Shown here in pieces: positions 40,900 to 51,109 of a DNA stretch of 54,712 nucleotides (position 1 is its first letter; each line of letters starts with the position of its first letter). The translations under genes were made by a program, and so were the position numbers. The DNA lies in the IMG/VR virus record IMGVR_UViG_3300045988_057894, positions 1-54,712 of that record; one strand, 5' to 3'. Below the pieces are notes generated by a model. That model was not told the DNA's origin. It did no database searches and saw only the letters and a list, made by a program, of their open reading frames with translations. The DNA comes from a virus.

Positions 40900-41573
40900 T
40901 TGCCCTCCCGGAGACGGTCAAGCCCCTTTTTCGCAATAATTTTGGCGTAGTCCTTATAGGGCACAGACAAGTCCACGCCGGAAACCTTGCCCGGTATTGC
41001 ATCCATAACGCCGGGAATCTTGCCATTGCTGGTGTACTGCCACATACCAAACGGCCAGCCCGGTTCGGGCTTCTTGCCGCGGTATGCCGCCAGCCAGACG
41101 TCGTATGGCTTGAGCGCCGCGCCGGTCATGTACAAGTTATCGCGGCCAAAGCACAGCCCGGTGTACAGCATGGCGTAAAAGCCCCAACTTTCCACTGTGC
41201 CCAGCGCATGGGCTGCAATGTCCGTCAGGGTCTGCTTGTCCAGCGGGGCCTGCACATAGCTGTCCTCGACGTCAACCGCCACGGGCAGCTGCACCGTCTT
41301 GCCGGTCAGCACCTTTCGCAGCAGGGCAAGCTCTGCGTCCGCTTCTGCCGTGTTGACCGCCTTGCAGTAGTAGTACACGCCGCAGGGGATGCCCAGCCGC
41401 TTGCACTCGGCATAGTTGCGCTCAAAAGTGGGGTCAATGTACGGCTTGCTGGGCTTGTCTTTGGCGCTGTTGCCCAGCGCCCGCAGCATCGCGCCGGAAA
41501 CAAGGCCGCTTGCCTTTACCTTGTCCCAATTGATAGTACCCTGCCACTTGGATACGTCCATAATAGACTTCAT
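40896..41573 (-). CDS. Endolysin, GH25 muramidase family
   Basis: MDVSKWQGTINWDKVKASG start and the later VAVDVED motif are typical of GH25 lysozymes. Confidence 0.82.
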   Translation of the reverse strand: MKSIMDVSKWQGTINWDKVKASGLVSGAMLRALGNSAKDKPSKPYIDPTFERNYAECKRLGIPCGVYYYCKAVNTAEADAELALLRKVLTGKTVQLPVAVDVEDSYVQAPLDKQTLTDIAAHALGTVESWGFYAMLYTGLCFGRDNLYMTGAALKPYDVWLAAYRGKKPEPGWPFGMWQYTSNGKIPGVMDAIPGKVSGVDLSVPYKDYAKIIAKKGLDRLREGK

Positions 41574-41578
41574 TTAAA

Positions 41579-41749
41579 TTACCTCCTTTCCAGCACTTCG
41601 CCAGTAATGTTCTGATACTCTTCAGGCGTGATTTCGCCGCTCTCCACACGTTCGGCCAAAATCTTTTTGACATTTGCACGGCGGCTTGCAGGCATTTCGT
41701 CCCAAGTCTTCGTACCGGCAACCAAACGTTTTGCCCAGATTTTATCCAT
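41579..41749 (-). CDS. XkdX-like small tail-module protein (56 aa)
   Basis: GGAGG 6 nt before the ATG at 41749. Reads MDKIWAKRLVAGTKTWDEMPASRRANVKKILAERVESGEITPEEYQNITG. Below the ORF-track cut-off. Confidence 0.5.
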   Translation of the reverse strand: MDKIWAKRLVAGTKTWDEMPASRRANVKKILAERVESGEITPEEYQNITGEVLERR

Positions 41750-41760
41750 GTTAAACCTCC

Positions 41761-42126
41761 TTACTCTCCGTTGACTGCTTCATCCAGCTCGCAGATTGCA
41801 TCCTCAATGGCGCTCATGCGCTCATCATTAGCCGCATCCTGCTCACACATAGCATCCTGCAGCTCTGCAGCAGCTTTTGCCGACCGCTCTGCCAAAGGGC
41901 CGGTCTTGTCGGTCATTCGGTAGTGGCGGTCGATCTCGTACCAGTCGTAGCAGCGCCCCCCCGCGTCCTCCGCGCTGCGTAGCTTGCGGATGACCCGGAA
42001 GCTGTCGGTGATGGTCTGGTCGGGATACTCCCGCTCGAGCTGGTGATAGCCGGTCAGGTCGGTGTGGGCGTCGCCGACGGTCTTGAGGACTTCAGCGCCG
42101 CCCTTTGTGCCAAAAACATAATCCAT
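41761..42126 (-). CDS. Hypothetical tail-module protein (121 aa)
   Basis: AAAGGAG RBS. Sits between the fibre and XkdX-like genes. Confidence 0.5.
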   Translation of the reverse strand: MDYVFGTKGGAEVLKTVGDAHTDLTGYHQLEREYPDQTITDSFRVIRKLRSAEDAGGRCYDWYEIDRHYRMTDKTGPLAERSAKAAAELQDAMCEQDAANDERMSAIEDAICELDEAVNGE

Positions 42127-42234
42127 GTCAGATTCTCCTTTCTCCGCTGATTGCGATACCGTGCAAGCGCCCCTTGCGGGGTGTACTAGCCCGCTCCAAA
42201 AATGCCTATCTTCACCGTGGGGTGTGCGGCCCCC

Positions 42235-44199
42235 TCAGACTCCCCCGTTGGGGAGTTCTTGGAGACGACAGCCGATGTTCGAGTACGTGCTCGAATCCGA
42301 GTATTGGCTGACGCAGAACAGGCCAAAGTTGGGGCCACGGCCATAGCCAGCGCCAACGTCGAGGCACGGGCTCGAAGAGTCGAAGCCCCAGTAATCGCAC
42401 GAATAGGTCTTGGTGTTGCCGCTTGAAGCCGTAGGGATAAAGAGCGGATACCCGCCGGTCGTCTTGACCGTAAAAGTGGACGGATAACCGTTCGACGGAG
42501 TGCCGACTGCCGTGCCGCCGCTGCTGTCGCTGAAGTTTGCGGGGTTGAGGATAATGTTGAGGCCGTTGCTGTTGTAGTAGCAGCCATCGCACCAGTCCAG
42601 CACGTTATCCCACAGGCCCTCGATGTTGCGGTACTGCGTCCCGCAGCCGTAAGTGGTGCGGCTGCTCTGGGTCGTGCCGGTGTGGTAGGGCATCGAGTCG
42701 GTGTAGCCCATCGACTGCTTGGAGCTGCCGTTGCCGCAGCCGTAGCCGATGACTTCCTGACTGTTCCAGTCGCAAAATTCGACGATGTACAGCAGCCAGA
42801 TGGTAAACCGCATCGCAAAATCGCTCTGCCAGATGGTGAAGCCGAGCTTGTGGATGTTGGAGCGGGCCGTGCTGCGGGTAATGTCCATCTTGGGGAGGCC
42901 GAGGTCGCCGGCGCTGCTCTTGTATCCGCTGTTGCAGTGGTAGCGGCCAACGTACACCACATCCCGCTCGCCGTGTCCGTCCCCTCTGTCCATGTGGGCA
43001 GGGCTGACGCTGTAGCCCTCCACCGCGCGGTCGGCGATCTGGATGGTCATGCCCCTGCCGTTCTGGGTAAGCTTATACCAAAATTTCGGGATGGCAACCA
43101 TCGTGCCGCCGGTGCGCTCGCTTTTTACCATGCCCGCCCAAGGCTGCAAATTGTCAAAGGGACTGCCGTAGCTGCTTGCCCCCGCCACGTAAGGCACCGG
43201 GTCGGTAAACTCTGCCGCCTCGTCGGTGCGGCTCCACTTGGTGGTGCTGGTGCCGTCCCAGCTTGCGCCGTAGATGTGGGCGTAGGCCAGCTCAAGGGGG
43301 TAGTCCTTGTACTCGGTGACTTCCACGGTGGCGGTGGTGGTCTCCTCGCCCAGCGTGGCCGTTACCGTCCACGTGCCAGCGATGGACAGATAGAGCTTGA
43401 TGCTGCCGCTCTCCGGCACCGTGCCGGAGACGGTCTTGTCCCCGCACTGGGCGGTGACGGTGCTTCCCGCCTTGACTGTCACGGTCAGGGTGTAGTAGGT
43501 CAGGGTCAGGGTCTTAGTGCGGCAATACTCCGCCTGCACCGTCTCCGTGGCCACGCCGGTGCCGAGCGTGGCAGTGACGGTCCACTCTCCGTCGTGGGGC
43601 AGGGCCGCAGAGAAGTTGCCGTCCGCAGCCACGCCGCTCACGTCTTTCTCGCCGTCCGAGAGGATGATGGAGCTGCCTGCCTCGGCCTGCACCACCACCC
43701 GGGGCCGTACGATGCCTCCCACCGCCGCCGCGTCCGCCGCCGCGCCGGAGATGGTGAGGGTCTTGTCGGTCTCGATTTTGATAGCGTTGATGCGGTCGCC
43801 CACGGCTTTTGCATCTGCAGGCGCATCAGCTATGGTCAATGTTTTGTCAGTGCTTGCGCGGATTCCTGCTAAAGCTGCTGCTGCTTCGGCTTTTTCTTGC
43901 GCGATTTCGGCGCCAGACTGGCTCTTACTAGCCGCTGTGGCAGAATTGAAAGCGTCCTGCTGACTCTTAGCGGCATTAGAAGCACTGGCGGCAGCAGCAT
44001 TTGCTTGACGAATTGCTTCTTCCTTCGCAACATCTGCTCCTGCAACATCTGAAAGCGTATTCAGCGTCTCCGCGTTCATGGGAGTGCCTTCGACAATCGG
44101 TTCATCGTTGCGAATCAGCGTAACAACTTCAGACGAGCCGTTTGCCTTCGTCATCGTCCACCGGTTAGGGTACTTTGCTTCACGATCAACAAAGTGCAT
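42235..44199 (-). CDS. Tail fibre / receptor-binding protein
   Basis: GGAGGTG RBS. N-terminus HFVDREAKYPNRW, Ala-rich coiled segment, Ig-like repeats. C-terminal domain has YRNIEGLWDNVLDWCDG, typical of phage fibre tips. High GC. Confidence 0.72.
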   Translation of the reverse strand: MHFVDREAKYPNRWTMTKANGSSEVVTLIRNDEPIVEGTPMNAETLNTLSDVAGADVAKEEAIRQANAAAASASNAAKSQQDAFNSATAASKSQSGAEIAQEKAEAAAALAGIRASTDKTLTIADAPADAKAVGDRINAIKIETDKTLTISGAAADAAAVGGIVRPRVVVQAEAGSSIILSDGEKDVSGVAADGNFSAALPHDGEWTVTATLGTGVATETVQAEYCRTKTLTLTYYTLTVTVKAGSTVTAQCGDKTVSGTVPESGSIKLYLSIAGTWTVTATLGEETTTATVEVTEYKDYPLELAYAHIYGASWDGTSTTKWSRTDEAAEFTDPVPYVAGASSYGSPFDNLQPWAGMVKSERTGGTMVAIPKFWYKLTQNGRGMTIQIADRAVEGYSVSPAHMDRGDGHGERDVVYVGRYHCNSGYKSSAGDLGLPKMDITRSTARSNIHKLGFTIWQSDFAMRFTIWLLYIVEFCDWNSQEVIGYGCGNGSSKQSMGYTDSMPYHTGTTQSSRTTYGCGTQYRNIEGLWDNVLDWCDGCYYNSNGLNIILNPANFSDSSGGTAVGTPSNGYPSTFTVKTTGGYPLFIPTASSGNTKTYSCDYWGFDSSSPCLDVGAGYGRGPNFGLFCVSQYSDSSTYSNIGCRLQELPNGGV

Positions 44200-44650
44200 A
44201 GTAAGGTTCACCTCCACATACCGGTTCTGAGCAGTAAAGCAAATGATTGTTGGCTATCGTTTCGATATCCAACAAAATTTGTTCCACTTGATTGATAATT
44301 ATAAAATGCAGATAACTTAAAGAGTCGGGAGTTGCTGGGGTATCGTTTTTGCCGCTGCATAAAGCACGAACGGATTTAATGTTGGAAATCCAGCGAGAAG
44401 CGTCCGAAACGGTAAGATACCCATTTACATCCCAGTTTGTTTTAGTGGAAACAGAAACATTCAAAATGTTTGCGATTTCTTGGATTCCGCTTTCAATACG
44501 GTTATAGTCCATATAACTCAAAGCACCATTCATGCCAGCCGCCCATTCTGCCTGTTCTTCTTCCGTCCATGTTCCGTTTTTTGCCTTCGATACGATTGAT
44601 TTGACCCGTTCAACATCGGAAGCAGTCCTGTCTGTAATCCATTGAGTCAA
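44186..44650 (-). CDS. Tail-fibre-associated protein
   Basis: WITDRTASDVERV...GMNGALSYMDYNRIE motif, as seen upstream of fibres in Firmicutes phages. Confidence 0.55.
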   Translation of the reverse strand: MTQWITDRTASDVERVKSIVSKAKNGTWTEEEQAEWAAGMNGALSYMDYNRIESGIQEIANILNVSVSTKTNWDVNGYLTVSDASRWISNIKSVRALCSGKNDTPATPDSLSYLHFIIINQVEQILLDIETIANNHLLYCSEPVCGGEPYYALC

Positions 44651-46254
44651 CGAGTATCAACTCCTTCCAACAAATACCCTTCAACAGTTCCGTGGAAACA
44701 ACCAGAATACTGATAAGAAAAACTAGTTGTCAAAAGGGTTGAAGAGTATCCGAATTGATGGTGAACCAACACGTAATCCAATGCATCGAAATGCGGACTT
44801 GCGCGATATTTCAACGAAACCTTTCGACGATTGGAGAGCAGCTTGTACGCTTCTGTCAAGATGTTTTTGTCTTGGCTGAGAATGCTTTCGGAGAGCATTT
44901 TGTTGTTCACGGTTTGCGTAGCGCCGCTTCCGGTCGGAGATTCCGGATAAGAGTAGGCCTTATTTGTGGTGCTTGTTCCATCAGAAGATTTCACTTCAAT
45001 GGAGCAAGTCACGTTTTTTAAGGGCGAAGAGAATGTGATTTCAGGCCAGTTGAAATTGTTGATGATATCAATTTCACCGGCAAGGTTTGCTTTTGCCGAA
45101 GAAATATCCGGAATGCGATCAATGATGATTGTTCCGTCCCGGGTCTGGTACATTGTCATTCCTGCGGCGTTTGCGACCATTTGCAGAATGTCGGCATCTT
45201 TATAGCTGTTTTTATCTTGCTTTGTAATGTCTGTACTATAATTTTTAAGTTCACTGGAAATTCGGAAATTTTCCGAACCACCATCCAAAAGCTCAAGGGC
45301 ATCGTAAGCCATCTCGTAGAGCGTGCCATACATTCTACCGGTGTAATTGGATGTCATTAAAGAACCGAATGCATCTCGTGCTGTAAAACTCGCTTCGATG
45401 CTGTTGGACGGAACGCTCCACTCAGAAAGATAAAACTTTCCGCCGTTAATCCATTCAATCGTTCCGTCCAAATCCATACCGTATTCCACAGAGATGGGCT
45501 GACGCTCGTACAGGTATTTGTAAAGACCTTCCGGGTTGATCGGGTTCCATTTCTGCGTGCTGTTATCCACAGTAAAGGTGACACTATCATTTGGCAGCTG
45601 ACCGCTGATGGGGTCTCGAACGGAATCGTGCTTGTACGAAAAAATATCGTTCTTATTGAAAACGATAAATTGGCCAAGCTTTATTTGCTCCAGCCGTGCG
45701 CGGCGATTGTCTAAACACCATGATAAGATTTGAATGGAAATAGAATCATAGCCTGCGATTTCCCAACTGATATCCGAAACAGCGGATTTATTATCCGTAA
45801 CCGTTTTTGTGGATACGATTGTGCCCCCGGAATAAGTTGTCAACTTAAAACTCGTAGGCCACTCCTCAAAAGTTGCCGACCAGGTAATGGTAATACCAGG
45901 AATCGTTGTAGTGTGAATTTTGCTGAACGACAACGTAATGACCGGGTGGTTGTAACTTGAAACGCAATTTTCGCTGATATAACCAGCTTCTTGCGGGTCA
46001 ACGTTATAATCAGGGAGGGCAAAGCTCCCATCCAAAACACTGAAGTTTAGTTCACCAGTAGAATATTTTGTGTAGTTTTGCTTTTCGGTTTCAACGATAG
46101 AAGAAGCGTTGCTGAAAAACGTTTCTCCATTCGTGCTAGGCATTGCATCTTCTTGCAAGCCGGGTTCTGTAACACCGTATGTGATTTTAACAAACATCTC
46201 CGGAACAAGCGTTTCGGAGAATTTATCAAGCCATTTCTGAGAAGGTTGTACCAT
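44647..46254 (-). CDS. Tail-tip / baseplate hub-like protein (535 aa)
   Basis: GGAGG RBS. Second gene after the tape measure. Call rests on position. Confidence 0.6.
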   Translation of the reverse strand: MVQPSQKWLDKFSETLVPEMFVKITYGVTEPGLQEDAMPSTNGETFFSNASSIVETEKQNYTKYSTGELNFSVLDGSFALPDYNVDPQEAGYISENCVSSYNHPVITLSFSKIHTTTIPGITITWSATFEEWPTSFKLTTYSGGTIVSTKTVTDNKSAVSDISWEIAGYDSISIQILSWCLDNRRARLEQIKLGQFIVFNKNDIFSYKHDSVRDPISGQLPNDSVTFTVDNSTQKWNPINPEGLYKYLYERQPISVEYGMDLDGTIEWINGGKFYLSEWSVPSNSIEASFTARDAFGSLMTSNYTGRMYGTLYEMAYDALELLDGGSENFRISSELKNYSTDITKQDKNSYKDADILQMVANAAGMTMYQTRDGTIIIDRIPDISSAKANLAGEIDIINNFNWPEITFSSPLKNVTCSIEVKSSDGTSTTNKAYSYPESPTGSGATQTVNNKMLSESILSQDKNILTEAYKLLSNRRKVSLKYRASPHFDALDYVLVHHQFGYSSTLLTTSFSYQYSGCFHGTVEGYLLEGVDTR

Positions 46255-46257
46255 ATA

Positions 46258-46635
46258 TTAGACCTCCACAAGAGAAAGCGTGCATCCAGTCCAGCCCATA
46301 ACATTGCCATTGGTCGGGCATCTGCGCCACATTCCGGACGTTCGGTCGGACACGTACATCTGCCGGGTGTCGTATCCGGCCTTAGCTTGATTATAAAATC
46401 GAACGGTACAATAAAAGTTTGTGGTAAAAAGATTTAAGACGGTCGCCCATTGTTTTGCGGTAAGGAAATTCCATTTCATGTTTACTTTCGCTACATCATG
46501 TCGAACAACGGAGCCGACCACTTTGCCTTGTACATTACGGCCGGAATCCACAATGGTACTGGTGGTAGCTTCATAGGAGGACGGTTCAGGAAACTCTACG
46601 CCGTTTACCGTTACCAGTGCTGGAATATTTGCCAT
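46258..46635 (-). CDS. Distal-tail-like protein (125 aa)
   Basis: AAGGAGG RBS. Immediately downstream of the tape measure. Call rests on position. Confidence 0.55.
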   Translation of the reverse strand: MANIPALVTVNGVEFPEPSSYEATTSTIVDSGRNVQGKVVGSVVRHDVAKVNMKWNFLTAKQWATVLNLFTTNFYCTVRFYNQAKAGYDTRQMYVSDRTSGMWRRCPTNGNVMGWTGCTLSLVEV

Positions 46636-46650
46636 AGAACCGCCACCTCC

Positions 46651-49600
46651 TTAGTAGCTATAAATTTCACTGCCCATTAAAGATTGCCCGCGAGAATTCT
46701 GCTGCTTTTCAACAGACGCAGTGATTTGCTTTCCGTCGATGTAAAGCTTGATTTCCTTGCCACCGTTGATTTCGTCGCCGTACCGCTGGAAAATATCAAG
46801 AAATGCGTTGTAGCAACCGTTATAAACCGAGCTTCTAAGCTCTTCTGCGCTGACGCCTGGATTGGTAGTATACGAACCGCTAGATACAGTTCCGGATCCG
46901 GTCGTTTTGTCGTAATCGCTCGTGCCTGGATACTTGGAAATATCGGTGATGACAGAAGAATCAGACTTGGACGAAGAGAACTTTCCGCCAAGCGCCCCGA
47001 CAATGCCAGTAATGGCAGCTGCGATCGCAACACCACCTGCAATCAGGAGAACGCCGGTGGGAATGCCAAGAGACGTCAGGACACTGCCGATGGTTTGGAG
47101 CAACCCCATGAATGCCGTGCCAACTTGCCCAATCAGGCCAGCTACGCCAGCAATAATACTGGGGAATTGGCTCAAAACGCCGCTAGACAAACCAACGCTA
47201 ATTGCATTGCCCGCAACTGCCATCGGGCCGGACATACTTGCAAAACTCGTCATGATTTTATTTCCAAGCCCAACGGCTTGACTTGCAATGTTTCCGAACT
47301 GTGAAGTGATGCCGGCAAGGATGTTTTGTCCAATTCCCTTTGCAGAAACAAGAGCTTTTGCGCCAACGTCCTTCAAGGCTTTAGTCAGCGTGGAAATCAG
47401 GTTGGAAGTGTAGGACTTCACTTGATTCCGGTTTTCTTCACCCATTGCCTGCCAGATGATAGCTGCGGTATTAGTAGCAACAGTCTGAATATCACCGCTT
47501 TTTACAGCTTCAACCATTCCTTTAATAGTCCCAACAAAATCGTTTTTAAGGCCACTGTCGATTTCGCTCCACTTAGAGTTCAGCGTGTTCACGATGTTAT
47601 CAACAAATCCGGTTGCAACGCTAGAGCCATAGTCAATCATCTCGTTGCCCTTCTGCTGAACAGCGTTTGCCAGATTGGTCATGGCTTGTTCAACGTAAGG
47701 AAGTGCTGCAGTGATACCGTTCGCAAGGCCTTGGTCAATAAATTCACCAAAGCGCTCAAACAGAGCGGAGGGAGAGTGAATTTCAGTGTCGTTCGTAAAC
47801 TTATCAATAATAGCTTTTGCAAGATTTGCCGCAGCGCCTTTTGCGGTTTCAATGCCGCTTTTGATACCATTTACGAGGCCCTGCCAAATGTTTTTGCCTG
47901 CTTCAAACATTTTGGAAGGAAGAGAAGCAATAGCATTTGCAACGGCTGTTACCATATCGGAAGCAGCTTTTGCGGCATCTTTTGCCCACGTTTTGATATC
48001 ATCGATAAATCCACGAACAGCTCTCGCACCGTTTTCGACGTGTTCATCGAGATGTACGAACCATGTAACAACATCCTTTACCCAATTGATAAGGTCAGCA
48101 AAACCAAGAACCGCCTTTTCGATGAAGTTACCGTTCATCTGAATATCAAGACGGTCGGTTTCACTCACTCCATTGGTAATCCATCCGACAAACACTCCGA
48201 TATCGTGAATCAGCTGAGCAATGCCCATGACGGCATTCTCGATGAAGTTACCGTTCATCTGTAAGTCAAGCCTGTCAGTTTCGGAAACACCGTTCTGAAT
48301 CCATCCAATAAAAATTGCGAAATCATTGATAAGGTTTCCAATGGCTGTAATTGCGTCACCTACAAAATCAGCAACTTTTTCGCCCATAGACTTGAAAGCA
48401 TTGAACCAGTCCGTTTCCATCTCAAAAGCTTCTTTTTGACTTTCGCTACCAAGACCACGAACTGCAACAGTGATAGCTTCAAAACCAAGAACAGCAAGAC
48501 CGGCTACAGGATGACCGCTAACAATAAGACCGATGCCCATAAGTGTTGTAATTAAATCACCAACATCAAGATCAAGGTCTTTTACAGCGTCAGAGATTGT
48601 TTTGAACGCAGAAGAAATACCCTCCTGCCAACTTTCTGGAATGAGATTCCAGATTACTTGCTTTAAGTTAGAAAAAGATTCTTTCAGGTATTTGATGGAT
48701 TCTCCGAGTTTTCCATCTGTGAGTGATATATTCCAACCCTGCCTAAGCCCTTCCGCAGCAAGGTAAATCATAGCTTGAACACGTTCAAGGCCTTTTCGGA
48801 ACGCTTCACTGTTTTGGTATAGGTCAACAAAACGAGCAACCATGATGCCAACAGCGACAGCTGCTCCCATAATGGGAGACTTCCAAAGCTTGAGAATTCC
48901 TTCAATTAAAGAGCCATCGCCTTTGATTTTATTGAGAGCTTCAAGCAAAGCGTTGCCAATAGCCCACGTTGCAAATCCGGCAGAAATACCAGCAATCAAT
49001 GGCGCAAGCTTTTCCAGCTTTGCCTTGATTTCGTCCACGGCGTTGCCAACATAGTTCTTGAACATATCGTAGCCGGACAGGTCTACATCACCCAAGATGT
49101 TGCCAGCAGATGCGCCGCTACCAGAGCCGGAGCTTCCCTGTGTGGGGTCAATGATGTTCAGTTCATCAAAGCCCATCGTGTAGTCCTTGAGGGCTTTGGC
49201 AGCTTTCTTTGTCGAATCGGTTGTGTTATCCATTGCGTCACCGATGCCACCAACGCTGTCAGCGCTCTTAGTGAAATCAGTAAACACGACCTTCACACCC
49301 ATCAGTTTTGCCACCCATTCAACGAACTCTCGAATGAGCTGTACGGCGGCAATCAGCGGGGGAAGAATGGATTTCATGGCAGGGTAGAGCAGAGAGCCAA
49401 CAGACTTCGCCAGCATATCCAACTGCGCTTTCAGAATCTTAATCTGGTTCGCAGGACTCTGGATGGTCTGTGCAAGGTTGCCCTGCACGTTGGCAGTCTG
49501 CTTCATAATGGCAATGTAACGCAGAACCGCCTTATCTGCCTGAGACAGACTAGAAACCTGCTTGTTAAAGCCCAAAGCTAGAAGCTCCTGCTGCAACCGT

Positions 49601-50682
49601 GCCTGAGACAGGTCAATGCCCAAACGACGAATAGGCTCAATCTCACCAGAGATTGCGGAGGACATTGCGGTAAAGGTCTCTGCAACGTCCTTGTTCCAAT
49701 AGGAGCCTTCATCATAGGCAAGCTGAGTCAGGTTCTTAGACAGAATGTATGCCTTGTCGCTGGTCAGGCCAAACGAAGTACCCAAGCTCTGAATGGTAGC
49801 CATGTAGGTCATTGCTTTGGTCGGATCAACGCCAAGCAAGCCCTGCATCTTGCTAATGAGCGTATCAGCTTCACCGCTCAAATTGCCCATAGCATTATGA
49901 AACAGGTCTGTTGCTTCATAGAAGTCGTTAAACTTCGCAACAGCGTTGCCAAGATACTCAGCGATAGCTTTCAACGAAACCAGCTTTGCCATATTCCGCA
50001 TAAAGCCGTTCATCTGATTGGACAGGCTGAGATAGCTCTTGCGCTGCTTTTCGTTGGCAGCAGTCACACGGTTAGCCTGTGTAACCACCTTGCTCAACTG
50101 CGGAGGGAGCTTCGCAAAAGCGTTGCCCACCTTTTCAAGCTGAGATACAAGGGGAGAAAGAGCAGCAGAAATCTTCTGACAAGAGCTTGCAAAAGAATCA
50201 AGGTCAGTCGCTTTCAGCTTGTCGGTCAGGTCAGGAACCTTTCCGATCGCATTGAAAGCACTGCCAAGAGCTTTAAGGTTCGATGCATCCAGAATGGACA
50301 GCGGAGCCAAAGCGTTAGTGAGCTGAGTAATGCTTCCAGACATGGAGTAAAAGTCCACGCCGTTCAAGCCAGACACAGCCGCAGGAATCTTCTTGATTGC
50401 ATTCACGACCGTGTTGATGCTCTTTGCGCTTGCGGTCGTGTTGACGTTGGAGAGCCCATTCAGAAAGCTGGTGATTTTGTCCAGCCCGGACATTCCAGCG
50501 GATGCCTGTTTAAGCGTTGCAATGGAACCAGCCAGCTTGTCAAGGCTATTCACAACCTTTGCCACGTTGCCCTTTGTGCGCAAATTAGAAATGGCGGTAG
50601 CGAGCTTGTCGATATTAAGCTCTGCGCCCTGCGATTCCGCAGAAATCTCTACGGATAAGCTCGTAATATCAACATCAGCCAT
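46651..50682 (-). CDS. Tape measure protein (1343 aa)
   Basis: Very long, Ala/Gly/Ile-rich, helical, with hydrophobic segments. Follows the G/GT chaperones. Contains a 120-bp internal tandem duplication. Confidence 0.85.
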   Translation of the reverse strand: MADVDITSLSVEISAESQGAELNIDKLATAISNLRTKGNVAKVVNSLDKLAGSIATLKQASAGMSGLDKITSFLNGLSNVNTTASAKSINTVVNAIKKIPAAVSGLNGVDFYSMSGSITQLTNALAPLSILDASNLKALGSAFNAIGKVPDLTDKLKATDLDSFASSCQKISAALSPLVSQLEKVGNAFAKLPPQLSKVVTQANRVTAANEKQRKSYLSLSNQMNGFMRNMAKLVSLKAIAEYLGNAVAKFNDFYEATDLFHNAMGNLSGEADTLISKMQGLLGVDPTKAMTYMATIQSLGTSFGLTSDKAYILSKNLTQLAYDEGSYWNKDVAETFTAMSSAISGEIEPIRRLGIDLSQARLQQELLALGFNKQVSSLSQADKAVLRYIAIMKQTANVQGNLAQTIQSPANQIKILKAQLDMLAKSVGSLLYPAMKSILPPLIAAVQLIREFVEWVAKLMGVKVVFTDFTKSADSVGGIGDAMDNTTDSTKKAAKALKDYTMGFDELNIIDPTQGSSGSGSGASAGNILGDVDLSGYDMFKNYVGNAVDEIKAKLEKLAPLIAGISAGFATWAIGNALLEALNKIKGDGSLIEGILKLWKSPIMGAAVAVGIMVARFVDLYQNSEAFRKGLERVQAMIYLAAEGLRQGWNISLTDGKLGESIKYLKESFSNLKQVIWNLIPESWQEGISSAFKTISDAVKDLDLDVGDLITTLMGIGLIVSGHPVAGLAVLGFEAITVAVRGLGSESQKEAFEMETDWFNAFKSMGEKVADFVGDAITAIGNLINDFAIFIGWIQNGVSETDRLDLQMNGNFIENAVMGIAQLIHDIGVFVGWITNGVSETDRLDIQMNGNFIEKAVLGFADLINWVKDVVTWFVHLDEHVENGARAVRGFIDDIKTWAKDAAKAASDMVTAVANAIASLPSKMFEAGKNIWQGLVNGIKSGIETAKGAAANLAKAIIDKFTNDTEIHSPSALFERFGEFIDQGLANGITAALPYVEQAMTNLANAVQQKGNEMIDYGSSVATGFVDNIVNTLNSKWSEIDSGLKNDFVGTIKGMVEAVKSGDIQTVATNTAAIIWQAMGEENRNQVKSYTSNLISTLTKALKDVGAKALVSAKGIGQNILAGITSQFGNIASQAVGLGNKIMTSFASMSGPMAVAGNAISVGLSSGVLSQFPSIIAGVAGLIGQVGTAFMGLLQTIGSVLTSLGIPTGVLLIAGGVAIAAAITGIVGALGGKFSSSKSDSSVITDISKYPGTSDYDKTTGSGTVSSGSYTTNPGVSAEELRSSVYNGCYNAFLDIFQRYGDEINGGKEIKLYIDGKQITASVEKQQNSRGQSLMGSEIYSY

Positions 50683-51109
50683 CACTACCACCATCACTTT
50701 CCATCATAGAGAACATCATTCTCTTGATTCGCTCCTGCGCCTCAACTGCGCGTTGGTATTCATACTCGTCTTTCTCCTTTTGGGTAAGGGGAATCGGCCT
50801 ATCCATGTACTTGATGGGGCTAGACCCTTTCTTTCGGAACATATTGCCAACCGTAGAGGAAAGCGCAGATGCCATGTAAAAGCCGTTTCTCCATGCTTCT
50901 GCATTGGCTCTGCGGGCGCGAAGTTCTTCCGCGTCCCGGTATACCTTCGCCAACCAGACATCGCCGTACCAGAATTGGTCGTATGTCATGCCAATGGAAA
51001 TGTAATAGGCTTCTACATCGTGGAACAGCTTGGAGAAGGAGAATGGTTCTCCCTCTCCGTCTGCTTCCTGAGATTGTGCGGTTACACAATCTCCCACGTT
51101 GCGTTTTTT
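50675..51109 (-). CDS. Tail assembly chaperone T-extension (expressed as a G-T fusion by -1 frameshift)
   Basis: Frame is open from just upstream of the slippery site and has no RBS of its own. Ends overlapping the tape-measure start. Confidence 0.6.
   Translation of the reverse strand, partial: KKRNVGDCVTAQSQEADGEGEPFSFSKLFHDVEAYYISIGMTYDQFWYGDVWLAKVYRDAEELRARRANAEAWRNGFYMASALSSTVGNMFRKKGSSPIKYMDRPIPLTQKEKDEYEYQRAVEAQERIKRMMFSMMESDGGSDG

Noticed and set aside
41434-41721. 95-aa minus-strand ORF overlapping the endolysin start
   Set aside because: It overlaps the endolysin by 140 nt in another frame. The same interval is better explained by a 56-aa XkdX-like ORF (41749-41579) that has a GGAGG RBS and abuts the endolysin RBS.
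42186-43963. Several long ORFs (258, 396 and 148 aa) overlapping the tail-fibre gene on both strands
   Set aside because: They are off-frame or antisense products of a very GC-rich region, with Ala/Arg/Thr/Pro-rich composition and no RBS. The 654-aa fibre frame has coherent domain structure.
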